Source of the DNA: a virus
Lineage: Duplodnaviria > Caudoviricetes
Virus record (IMG/VR): IMGVR_UViG_3300036987_000310
Coordinates: 288,001 to 352,000 of that record
Strand: one strand, 5' to 3'
Length of the DNA stretch: 64,000 nt
Position numbers and translations under genes: made by a program. The notes beneath the pieces are model-generated. The model was not told where the DNA came from, made no database searches, and saw only the letters and a list, made by a program, of their open reading frames with translations. Position 1 is the first letter of the stretch. The number at the start of each line of letters is the position of its first letter. Shown one piece after another: positions 9,895 to 18,549 of this stretch.

Positions 9895-10737
9895 ATGCCT
9901 GTTGACTTATATCTTAGCTACACTGGCAGAAAAAACTATTTATCGTGCCCACAAAAGTATTGGTTTCGATATGTCAAAAAACAGGAAGTTTTTGACGACC
10001 CTAGGAAGGCCATGTTCGGCCTAGTTATGGGAAAAGTTTTTGAATGGTTCTATAACAAAAAATTCTGGTCTTTTCCGAATCCGGAAAAACAATGTTTGCA
10101 GGCGTCAGATCTCGCTATCGAAGACGTATGCGATATGAAAAAGTTTGATGCTCGAGTGCATGGAGACTTCTTAAACAATCTTCGGAAAGACGTAAGGGAG
10201 TTTGTTCCGCATGCTGTAAAATCGATAAGAGATCATAAGCTGTTGAATTTAAACAGTAGATCTGAAGTCGATTTGACCGTTGATCATTTGAGTAAGCAGC
10301 ATGGCATAACCATTCGCATTGGGGGTAGAGCCGACTTTGTTCATGGGCCAGGCTCCATATGGATTGTGGACGGTAAGGGGTCTGTTCACAGGGAAAAATT
10401 TGTTGACTCGGACCAGCTTATTTGGTACGCAACACAGCACTATCTGAAATACCATGTGGCTCCGAGTCGTCTCGGGTTTCTTCACTACAGGTTTCCTCAG
10501 GATCCAATGCAGTGGATTATGTACGACGAAAGTTCCATGCGATCTGTTTTGGCTAAAACGTTCGATGTTGCCAAAATGATCCTTCAGGGTGAATTCAACG
10601 CCACCCCCTCCGGGGAATGTCACAGATGCGAGTTTCGCGTTTCGTGTCAGGATGGCACGAAATACCTGGCTTCTCGACGTGTTGCGAATGGAGGTCGTAT
10701 AGAGAGTTCTTCTTTTGACCTTGAAGATGTAACCTGA
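9895..10737 (+). CDS. PD-(D/E)XK nuclease, Cas4/AddB-like
   Basis: SYT...Y..CP, G.V...VFE, GRADFV..IVDGKG, QLIWYA, C-terminal CHRCEFRVSC (four Cys in total). Confidence 0.8.
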   Translation: MPVDLYLSYTGRKNYLSCPQKYWFRYVKKQEVFDDPRKAMFGLVMGKVFEWFYNKKFWSFPNPEKQCLQASDLAIEDVCDMKKFDARVHGDFLNNLRKDVREFVPHAVKSIRDHKLLNLNSRSEVDLTVDHLSKQHGITIRIGGRADFVHGPGSIWIVDGKGSVHREKFVDSDQLIWYATQHYLKYHVAPSRLGFLHYRFPQDPMQWIMYDESSMRSVLAKTFDVAKMILQGEFNATPSGECHRCEFRVSCQDGTKYLASRRVANGGRIESSSFDLEDVT

Positions 10738-10751
10738 TTAACGGAGGCCAC

Positions 10752-11036
10752 ATGGGAAAAATTGAGGATCTCGACGAAAGGTACAAAACCCTTTCTCATA
10801 GGCGAGACACACTACAAAAGAACAAAAACCGGATAGAGGCTGAGCTTGAAGCTCGAAAGAGAAATCTGAAAGCTCAGATGGAAGAAGCCAAAAAAGCGGG
10901 TTTCAACCCCGACAATCTGCAAGAAGACATTCGACGCAGCGAAGAGGTGTTGCTGATCAAGCTTGACAACTTTGAAGCTGAGCTTGAAGAGGCTGAGCGA
11001 GCTATGACTCCAATGCTTGAAGAAATCAAGGGATGA
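10752..11036 (+). CDS. Small coiled-coil protein (possible SbcC/Rad50 segment)
   Basis: Heptad E/K/L pattern; GGAGG SD; lies within the SbcCD-like operon. Confidence 0.6.
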   Translation: MGKIEDLDERYKTLSHRRDTLQKNKNRIEAELEARKRNLKAQMEEAKKAGFNPDNLQEDIRRSEEVLLIKLDNFEAELEEAERAMTPMLEEIKG

Positions 11037-11037
11037 C

Positions 11038-12132
11038 ATGCCTGCGAAGTTCGTGTTTGTTGCACAAGATCTTAAACGGGGGCTTGCCGTTGCCAAAATC
11101 GTCAAGCCCTCTTCTGGGGACTATGTTGTCAAGTTCGACACGAACGGCGCCACGCTATACTCTGCTGACAAACGTCGGATGTCGCTTGTTAATGTTCCAG
11201 CAAGTCAAACACTTGGCGTCGATGACGGGTGGGTCTCCGACGAATACTGCATTCCTTTGGTGAAAATGTCGCTGTTTGACTCGAACCTGGACACCATAAC
11301 ATTTGCGTTCACAGAAAACGCAATGACGATTAAAGCCACCGATGGAAAACAGACACGCCGTGCTACAATCAAAAAGCGCGCTGATTCGACAAGACGCAAC
11401 ATGATGCCAGCGATTCGGGTTGGAAAACCTTCCCTGGTTGAAGCTGGAAAGTTTGGGAAACTTCTTCGTTTGGTTGGGTGTTCTGCTCTAGTTCGTGAAA
11501 CCAAAACTGAAGAAGAAATGCGCATAAACCAGGTTCATTTTCGATCGAACATGGCTTCTTCAAACGCCAGGTATCACGCTTCAGTTTCCATGCTTGAAGG
11601 CATGGACCTAGATTTGTCGATTATAGGTTCTGACATACCGGCAATCAGGTCATTTTGTTCAAAGCTGGATGATGTTGTTGGGTTGTTCCAAGATAAGCAT
11701 AAATTATACATCATAGACACAAAAACGATGTCGATGCTAGTTTTAGGAAAAGTTGTTGCGACAAAGTCCGACTTTTCTCTGCCATCTGACAACTTCAACA
11801 CCGAGATTTCCTTGATGAAGGATCAGTTTCTGGACGGACTCAACTGGGCTCTGACAGCTCTTGACGGAACTCAGCGTTTAACCTGTGAAGTTCTTGAAGG
11901 AACCCTCGTCATGTCAAATAATGGCGAGGTGTTCAGTATGCCTGCATCTTTTAAAAGAGGAACTTCGTTTCGGGTGGACCTCCCGGCAAAATTTCTTCAC
12001 GCTGCTGTCAGCCATACGGACTCGGACGAGGTCCTGATTAAACTTGGTCATACAGACAATCCAACCATTGTGGAAGTGTCGGACACTGACTCGAGCGTGA
12101 AACATTATCTTCAAATCATGAGGAGCAAATGA
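11038..12132 (+). CDS. dnaN: DNA sliding clamp (DNA polymerase III beta-like)
   Basis: About 364 aa three-domain size; ASSNARYHASV and C-terminal RVDLPAKFLHAAVSHTDSDEVLIKLGHTDNPTIV..HYLQIMR resemble DnaN; context next to holA and dnaX. Confidence 0.65.
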   Translation: MPAKFVFVAQDLKRGLAVAKIVKPSSGDYVVKFDTNGATLYSADKRRMSLVNVPASQTLGVDDGWVSDEYCIPLVKMSLFDSNLDTITFAFTENAMTIKATDGKQTRRATIKKRADSTRRNMMPAIRVGKPSLVEAGKFGKLLRLVGCSALVRETKTEEEMRINQVHFRSNMASSNARYHASVSMLEGMDLDLSIIGSDIPAIRSFCSKLDDVVGLFQDKHKLYIIDTKTMSMLVLGKVVATKSDFSLPSDNFNTEISLMKDQFLDGLNWALTALDGTQRLTCEVLEGTLVMSNNGEVFSMPASFKRGTSFRVDLPAKFLHAAVSHTDSDEVLIKLGHTDNPTIVEVSDTDSSVKHYLQIMRSK

Positions 12133-12767
12133 ACGGAGGTCTTGAAATCAGGTTGAAAAATTTGCAGATGGGGACATCGAAGCTATCTGCATACAGAGAC
12201 TTGATGGTGTCCCAAGCAGCTTCTGCTGATGCAAGAGCAACTGAACTCCAACAACGATCAAATCTGTTTCAGCGTGCATCAGACGTTTTCAAAGAATGGC
12301 TTGACGATTCTTTGAAAGAAAATGTTGGAGCTATCAGCGATTTGGTGACAACCGGTCTCCAACATATAATTCATGATCAAAAGCTGACTTTTAGGGCAAG
12401 ACAGGAGATGAAGTTTAACAGGTTGTCAATGAGGTTTGTCATAGAGGACGACGGAGTTGAAGGGGACCCGATGGCGTCCTTTGGCGGGGGCGCAGTGTTG
12501 ACGGCGTCCTTCATCCTTCGTTTGGCTATCATGTCAAGATTGAAAATGGGGAACTTGTTGCTTTTGGATGAGTCCATGGGCATGCTAGCAAATAAATATG
12601 TCCCCGCAGCTGCGTCGTTCATGAGGCAGCTTTCGGAACAGACAGGCATCAACATTCTCATGGTCACTCACAACGAAGAGTTTTTGAACCATGCTCACAC
12701 TGCATACGAGGGCCGAAAGAACGGCTCCCTGCGCCTTCACAGGCGAAAGTTGCCTGGTGACTCGTGA
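12129..12767 (+). CDS. SbcC/Rad50-like ABC ATPase, C-terminal half only
   Basis: Coiled coil followed by signature ASFGGG, Walker B LLLLDES and H-loop VTHN; no Walker A. Confidence 0.8.
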   Translation: MNGGLEIRLKNLQMGTSKLSAYRDLMVSQAASADARATELQQRSNLFQRASDVFKEWLDDSLKENVGAISDLVTTGLQHIIHDQKLTFRARQEMKFNRLSMRFVIEDDGVEGDPMASFGGGAVLTASFILRLAIMSRLKMGNLLLLDESMGMLANKYVPAAASFMRQLSEQTGINILMVTHNEEFLNHAHTAYEGRKNGSLRLHRRKLPGDS

Positions 12768-13336
12768 AAACGGAAATAGAAATTCGTAAACGGTTGGAAA
12801 AGCTTAGGGTTCGATATTGCAGAAAATATTGCGCAGATGTTTCTGGAAAAAAGCCACGCAACTGTGTTTACAACATAGAACATGCCCCGGTTGAACGAGT
12901 TGACCACGTTCCGACTGAGGTGGAACTCGCTCCGAGGGTCACGACAACGCTTGTTGTTATACAACCTGACTTTCCGATCCGGTTGTGCATGTATGGGTCT
13001 GAAAAACCGGACACATGGAATGGAGACGTGTGCGACGACGATGCTACTGCGCACGCTTGTCCGTATTTTGAGCCGAAAATACCTGAGGATCGTGCGGTGG
13101 AAGAATTTGACAAACTCATGTCCGATGACGAGTTTGTTTTGGAGAATTATAGAGACATCGCGTCTCTGCAATGGGTGCTGAACGAAAGAGTTCATCTTAC
13201 GCCGCTGTCTACATTGGACAAGGTTAAGATATGGTTTGACAGGTTTTTTCGCGGAAGGCGGTCAACTAAGCTTCTCTCTGAAAAAACTGAAAACAAGCCG
13301 GAGGATCATCGGAATGCTGATGATGAAAATTCTTGA
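12764..13336 (+). CDS. Cys-rich hypothetical protein
   Basis: GTGA overlap with upstream gene; several Cys/His pairs. Confidence 0.7.
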   Translation: MKTEIEIRKRLEKLRVRYCRKYCADVSGKKPRNCVYNIEHAPVERVDHVPTEVELAPRVTTTLVVIQPDFPIRLCMYGSEKPDTWNGDVCDDDATAHACPYFEPKIPEDRAVEEFDKLMSDDEFVLENYRDIASLQWVLNERVHLTPLSTLDKVKIWFDRFFRGRRSTKLLSEKTENKPEDHRNADDENS

Positions 13337-13886
13337 AAACGATTTGCACAGGTCCAGAAAGCCTTCAGCAGCTCCGTTCATGATTGAGGTTCCGGCGCGG
13401 CCGGAGTTTTTGCCTGCTCTTGTCTCCAGCACACGCGGGAAGTTTCTTGTTTCAAGACGGTTGACAGACGATGGAAAAATTAAAGTCGGGGTTTTTGATC
13501 ACGATTCTGAAAAAGTGGATGAACTGATTCCGTCTATGCTGACGGCAGCTTGTGAGTTGTCAAAAGAAGAGAAATGGGGCAACGTTTTTGGTCCGAGAGC
13601 TGTTAAGACGGCTTTCAAATATGTGTCTAGTCATAGTCATCTTCCGGCTCAACCCCATGTTTGCATTGCCCCGTCTTCTTGGAGCAACTTGAAATTTGAG
13701 AAGACTTTTGGGGTGAAGAAATCTGAACTGAAGTATCAAAAATATTGTAACATGGTTCAAATGGATATTCCGTTTGTTGTTTTTCTTTCTAAACCTGAGA
13801 TGGTTGGTCTGTACACGCATTTCCTTAATGGCCCTGCATCCATACTTTTACATAATGTTCGTCGCGGCATGTCTTTTTGTGTGTAA
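13314..13886 (+). CDS. Hypothetical protein
   Basis: ATG at 13314 chosen over the track TTG at 13236; operon context. Confidence 0.65.
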   Translation: MLMMKILENDLHRSRKPSAAPFMIEVPARPEFLPALVSSTRGKFLVSRRLTDDGKIKVGVFDHDSEKVDELIPSMLTAACELSKEEKWGNVFGPRAVKTAFKYVSSHSHLPAQPHVCIAPSSWSNLKFEKTFGVKKSELKYQKYCNMVQMDIPFVVFLSKPEMVGLYTHFLNGPASILLHNVRRGMSFCV

Positions 13887-14701
13887 AAAGCATTGTGACA
13901 ATAATTGACAGCTTCATTGAATGGGCCCATTGCGGACTCGAACAATCTGATGAAGCTAAAATCTATTTATTGGGCAGGGGCGTGTCGCCCGCCCAATGGG
14001 AAAAGCATCGGATTGGGTATGTGATTGGTAGCTTCCACCCTGACTCGTCTACTGATCCAGGCCACTCGGATGTTTGTCGGGACAAGTCGTCCGTCCAAAA
14101 GTGGTGCGATTCGTGCCGGTTTATTCGGTGGTCCTCACTTTGGGAAGACCAAGAGGAAGGACCTAAAATACAACGGGTTGGCAAACGGATACTCGGGTGC
14201 GTGGTTTTCCCCCTAACATCTTATTCCGGGGCCGCGGTTGGGTTTCAAGTGCGTTCAATTGTTGGCAAACAGTTTGATTCTTTCTCATTGTCAAGAAGAC
14301 CAGAAGGATACTTCTTCGGCGTCGGACCGAACATGGATGCAATATGGTCCAGGAAAAAAGTTTTTGTGGTGGAGGGCCCCTTTGACCAACTAGTGTTTGA
14401 ACGCTTAGTTTCTCCAAATGTTGTTGGGTTAACAACTAACACGTCAAACACCCATCAAACACGCTTTTTCCGACGATTCGTCGATGAAGTCGTTACACTG
14501 TTGGATATGGACGAAGCGGGTCGAGATGGCGTTAAATCTATGCGCCTGAAATTATCCGATGGCCCAGTTTTGACAGAAATAAAATACGCCGTGAAGTTCG
14601 ACAGTGGTGAGAAGTGTAAGGACACGAACGAAGCGTGGAAAGCATTAGGAGATAAGCGCTTTGCGAAACATTTCACTGACTTGATTGAGAGGACGTTATG
14701 A
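13877..14701 (+). CDS. dnaG: DnaG-type primase catalytic core (TOPRIM) lacking the N-terminal CHC2 zinc-binding domain
   Basis: YLLGRG, IGY, VVFPL..SG..VGF..R, VVEGPFD, LDMDEAGRDG, KDTNE. Confidence 0.8.
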   Translation: MCVKSIVTIIDSFIEWAHCGLEQSDEAKIYLLGRGVSPAQWEKHRIGYVIGSFHPDSSTDPGHSDVCRDKSSVQKWCDSCRFIRWSSLWEDQEEGPKIQRVGKRILGCVVFPLTSYSGAAVGFQVRSIVGKQFDSFSLSRRPEGYFFGVGPNMDAIWSRKKVFVVEGPFDQLVFERLVSPNVVGLTTNTSNTHQTRFFRRFVDEVVTLLDMDEAGRDGVKSMRLKLSDGPVLTEIKYAVKFDSGEKCKDTNEAWKALGDKRFAKHFTDLIERTL

Positions 14702-15150
14702 AGAAAGTTGCAAGACCCAACACAGAGGTTATCTTTGGTGATTTCGACACCGCTGAAGAAGTCACGTCAAAGCTCATTCCGAAGTATCACCCGGAACTCT
14801 CTACCGCCGCTTTCAAGTATATCTGCAGGAGCAAGTCTTCTAAAAAAGGAGGCAAGCCGGTAGCCGGAAACGTGTACAAGATGAGCGGGAAGTTCAAGCA
14901 TCTTGTCGGAGCTGACTTTGTTCTTGAGATTGCTCTTGACTGTTGGAACGGTCTTGAACCAAATCAGAGGATCGCTCTGGTTGACCATCTTTTGTCAAGG
15001 TGTGTTGGCGAGGAGGACGAACAAAATGGAGAGATGAAGTGGAAGATTCGTCCTCCAGAGGTTCAGGAGTTTCCGGAGGTGGCCGAACGCCATGGGCAAT
15101 GGAACGATGGCCTGATTGAGATGTCGAAGTGTCTCATTGCAAAGGGATGA
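14698..15150 (+). CDS. Putative phage metallopeptidase-like protein with degenerate zinc motif
   Basis: DFVLEI..D.W......R.ALVDHLLSRC..W..RPPEVQEF.EV..RHG.W; the usual HELxH reads HLLSR. Confidence 0.6.
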   Translation: MKKVARPNTEVIFGDFDTAEEVTSKLIPKYHPELSTAAFKYICRSKSSKKGGKPVAGNVYKMSGKFKHLVGADFVLEIALDCWNGLEPNQRIALVDHLLSRCVGEEDEQNGEMKWKIRPPEVQEFPEVAERHGQWNDGLIEMSKCLIAKG

Positions 15151-15195
15151 GGCACTGTTTCGGGGAACACGCGGTCGATATGGTGGAGTGGAGAA

Positions 15196-16530
15196 ATGGT
15201 TTCTAGACTAGATCTGAAGTATAGGCCGCGCAAGTTTTCCGACGTTCTTGGGAATGAAGGGGTCGTACACCTTCTTTTGAAGCGCAGTTTGACTGGGACT
15301 CTGACTGATCAGTCCATGCTTTTTGGGGGTCCGAAAGGGACTGGAAAAACAACGCTCGCCAGGATAGTGGCGATGGCTATTGTCTGCTCTAACAAACAAG
15401 ATGGGGAACCGTGTGGAACCTGTTTGGACTGTCAAGCAGTTTTAAACGAAACCTCAACTTGCGTTGAAGAATTGGATGCTGCGTCTCAGGGGACGGTAGA
15501 CCACATAAGAGAGATGGTTCGAGACTCTGAGTACGAGCCTGTGAATGGTATTGGAAACGTTTACATACTGGACGAGGCTCAACGTTTGAGTGCTGCGTCT
15601 CAAGACGCGATGCTCAAAGCTGTTGAGAACCGATCCATCATGGTGATAATGTGCACCACGGAGCCTCACAAGATACGTGCTCCCATTCGCTCTAGGTCCG
15701 AGGAGTACCCTGTATCTGCTCCTTCGATTGACTTAATGTCTTCGAGGCTCGCAAAAATTTGTGACGAAGAGAGCATTCAATACGACCCGAATGCGCTTAA
15801 AGCGTTATCTCAGATCTCTCAAAACTGCCCCAGAGTTTGCATTCGGGCGCTTGAAACACTTTCTGTGTCCGGTCCGATTAACATGAACAGCATCAGTAGC
15901 TTCTTTCGTTTCAGTAGCTATGAAGATGTCGACAAAGTTCTATCTCGAATTGATGAAAGTCCAAAATCCGCGATCAAGATATTTGACGATCTTGTGGACA
16001 GAGAGGGCCCTGTGTGGGTGCGGGACACTATGCTCTTGGCCATATCAAGTGGTCTAAGAGTTGACGTTGGCGCAGGGCACAATTACCCGTGTCGTATGAC
16101 TTTTTTTCAATCTCGTTTGCGTGGATGGGCAGAGTTGGCTTGTCAGCTTGGGATGATGGAAAGACCTACGGCTGCCGGGATCTTGTCGGCTTTAATCTCG
16201 ACAAAAAAAGCTTTTTGCGTATCGGCTCCGATTTTGCAAGTTCCAACTGCTCCAATTGCTCCAACTTCAACGATTCCTGTGACTTCTGTTGCTCCAGCCT
16301 CACAGTCTTCGCAAACGGTGAAAGTCGCGGTGGAAGACGAAGACCAACTTGAGGTTGACGGGGTCAAATTTTCAACCAAAGAAAGTCTGACCACTTTGGA
16401 CTCCAAAATCGAAGCAAGACAAAGTGTCGACTCTACCAATGAGGTATCGGTAAGCGTAGAGTACCGATCAGACATGGAGCCTATGTCTGATCGGGAGTTT
16501 GCTCGTGGATTTATTGACAGAATCAAATAA
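15196..16530 (+). CDS. dnaX: DNA polymerase III gamma/tau clamp loader subunit
   Basis: KYRPRKFSDVLGN, GPKGTGKTT, EPCGTCLDC, ELDAAS, YILDEAQRLS, CTTEPHKI..IRSR. Confidence 0.93.
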   Translation: MVSRLDLKYRPRKFSDVLGNEGVVHLLLKRSLTGTLTDQSMLFGGPKGTGKTTLARIVAMAIVCSNKQDGEPCGTCLDCQAVLNETSTCVEELDAASQGTVDHIREMVRDSEYEPVNGIGNVYILDEAQRLSAASQDAMLKAVENRSIMVIMCTTEPHKIRAPIRSRSEEYPVSAPSIDLMSSRLAKICDEESIQYDPNALKALSQISQNCPRVCIRALETLSVSGPINMNSISSFFRFSSYEDVDKVLSRIDESPKSAIKIFDDLVDREGPVWVRDTMLLAISSGLRVDVGAGHNYPCRMTFFQSRLRGWAELACQLGMMERPTAAGILSALISTKKAFCVSAPILQVPTAPIAPTSTIPVTSVAPASQSSQTVKVAVEDEDQLEVDGVKFSTKESLTTLDSKIEARQSVDSTNEVSVSVEYRSDMEPMSDREFARGFIDRIK

Positions 16531-17038
16531 ATGGGTCGTCGTTGGCCTGTCTTCGGCTGGGGAGAAGGAGACAGACTTGAAGGCGATTTCGTCTGCCGTG
16601 CGCCGCATTTTGGGACGGGATTTAAAAGTGTTTGTCCCAGCGGTTTCAAAACAAGCTAGGGACGATTCGCATACCTTGTTTTATATGGATGGTTACATAT
16701 TTGTGGAGCACAGGGATGGGATTCCATACGTAAAGCTTCAGGACACGACTTATTTCAGTCAAGTGTTGTGCTCTAAACGCGGGGGGCGTGTAGAATACTC
16801 GCTTGTCGGGGACGATGTGTTGGCCCCTCTAAGGGAAGGCGTCAAAGATCTTGGAACGTGCAAATTCTCGGTAAACGATAAAGTGCGTGTCATAAAGGGG
16901 GACTTCAGAAACCTGCGCGGGAACGTTCGAATGGTGTATGACGGTGGAGAAGTTGTTCAGGTTGACTTCAGCCAACGTTCAAAGCCTTTGCTCATAGATT
17001 TTCCTGTAATATACCTTCAGAAAGTTCCAGATGAATAA
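16499..17038 (+). CDS. NusG/RfaH/Spt5-family transcription elongation factor
   Basis: NGN features (WVVV, VFVP, DGYIFVE) and KOW motif FSVNDKVRVIKGDFRNLRGNV. Confidence 0.8.
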   Translation: MLVDLLTESNKWVVVGLSSAGEKETDLKAISSAVRRILGRDLKVFVPAVSKQARDDSHTLFYMDGYIFVEHRDGIPYVKLQDTTYFSQVLCSKRGGRVEYSLVGDDVLAPLREGVKDLGTCKFSVNDKVRVIKGDFRNLRGNVRMVYDGGEVVQVDFSQRSKPLLIDFPVIYLQKVPDE

Positions 17039-18026
17039 ACACATACTGATAGATGGAAACAACCTCCTACACAGAGCTTTCCACGTTTTCGTGAATACAG
17101 AAAGCTCTGTGTTTTCTTCTGATTCCGGGTACCCGACGGGAATGATTTACGGCCCCCTTAGCATGCTCGCTGATTGGATCCCGACTCTTGGGCGTTTTGA
17201 TGCCGTCCATTATTTTCAAGATGGTTTTCCTTCCCGTCGAAAGGCTATGGATCCGGATTACAAAAAACGCGAACCAGGCAGGTCCTCGCCGTCTGATTTG
17301 CCCCATCGTCCTCTCACTCTTGTCGACGGATTTGAAGCACGGAACGAAGTCGACGTACTGATGCATGTCATGCAGCTTCTCGGCGTAAAGATGTACTATG
17401 ATTCGCATGAGGAAGCTGACGATCTCATAGCTTCTTTCATAAAGTCTCGTCCCAACGATGTTCATGTGATTGTGTCGTCCGACAAAGACTTCTTTCAGCT
17501 TTTGGCAAATCCTAGAGTCGCCATATATAGGCCCGGGTCTAAAGGACCAAGGTTTCTCGATGCTGAAGAGGCTGAAAAACACTGGGCTCTTTTGAACAAG
17601 GGAAAACATCCGGTGGTGCCGACGAGATGTGTCCGTATGTTTAAAGCCCTGTGCGGCGATGCGTCTGACAACATTCCGGGAATACCGAAATTGCGAAAAA
17701 AGGTTGCTGTGGCAGCGTCCGTTGGCATGGAGAACATTGACGGTTTGGTGAAGGCCAACTGGCCCGGTTTTTCAAACCTGGAAAGACAACACGCCCAAGA
17801 ACTGGTTGATAGAGTGCGATTGAACTGGGACCTTGTCGGCTTGGTCGACAGTTTAGACCCGCAACCAGTTGAGTGCGCGAAGCCTGATCTTTCTTCTGCA
17901 AATGCCATTCTGAAAAGTTTGAGCATACATCTAGACACGTCGTTTTTGATCCCTGGGCAAGAACGAATGGTGACTGAAGACGTTCCCGTAAAGATCATTG
18001 ACGATGACTGGATGTCTTCCATATGA
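17031..18026 (+). CDS. 5'-3' exonuclease / flap endonuclease (PolA N-terminal-like)
   Basis: LIDGNNLLHRAFH, RRKAMDPDYK, EADDLIAS, SSDKDFFQL, LCGDASDNIPGIP. Confidence 0.93.
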   Translation: MNKHILIDGNNLLHRAFHVFVNTESSVFSSDSGYPTGMIYGPLSMLADWIPTLGRFDAVHYFQDGFPSRRKAMDPDYKKREPGRSSPSDLPHRPLTLVDGFEARNEVDVLMHVMQLLGVKMYYDSHEEADDLIASFIKSRPNDVHVIVSSDKDFFQLLANPRVAIYRPGSKGPRFLDAEEAEKHWALLNKGKHPVVPTRCVRMFKALCGDASDNIPGIPKLRKKVAVAASVGMENIDGLVKANWPGFSNLERQHAQELVDRVRLNWDLVGLVDSLDPQPVECAKPDLSSANAILKSLSIHLDTSFLIPGQERMVTEDVPVKIIDDDWMSSI

Positions 18027-18046
18027 TCTTTATGCTTTGATGTTGC

Positions 18047-18409
18047 ATGACCATTCCTGACCTGTGTGGGGCGGAAGCACTTCGGGCTGTCATTTCATAC
18101 TGGGGCAAGCACGCCGATTTTTCGAACGAGTTTGAGATGCTGGAAGCTGCAAACTCCGTCGGCTTCGTTGGATTTTATGACGAGGCCGACATAAAATCCC
18201 TGTGTCAGTATTTGGACTCAGGGCTTCCTGTGATTGCTGATCTTATTGAGAACGAAAGGTATTCTGTGATCGTGGGCATGGACGACGTGCACACGTATGT
18301 CGTCGATTCTAAGACGGAGCCGCGATATGCGAAAATTCTTACAAGCGTTTTTAACGAAAACTTTGAAGCGCGACGACTAATCATAATCGCTCCTGAAAAA
18401 ATTGTTTAA
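18047..18409 (+). CDS. Peptidase C39-like protein, probably inactive
   Basis: CGAEALRAVISYWG and LDSGLPVI; the expected catalytic His (H-Y/W-V-V) is replaced in ERYSVIVG. Confidence 0.55.
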   Translation: MTIPDLCGAEALRAVISYWGKHADFSNEFEMLEAANSVGFVGFYDEADIKSLCQYLDSGLPVIADLIENERYSVIVGMDDVHTYVVDSKTEPRYAKILTSVFNENFEARRLIIIAPEKIV

Positions 18410-18549
18410 CAACTTCATATGTCCTGTCTGGTAGTGTAACACAGGCGGTCTCGCTGCGCGGGTCCCGGCCACCCTATACGCATACAAAAATACGTAGACA
18501 TCTCCCACATACGCATATCGATACCGACACAACCAGGCCGGGACGAAAG

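Noticed and set aside
1-18026. Host chromosomal segment or prophage boundary
   Set aside because: The genes are divergent or split and run continuously into head genes; no integrase, att site or housekeeping operon is seen.
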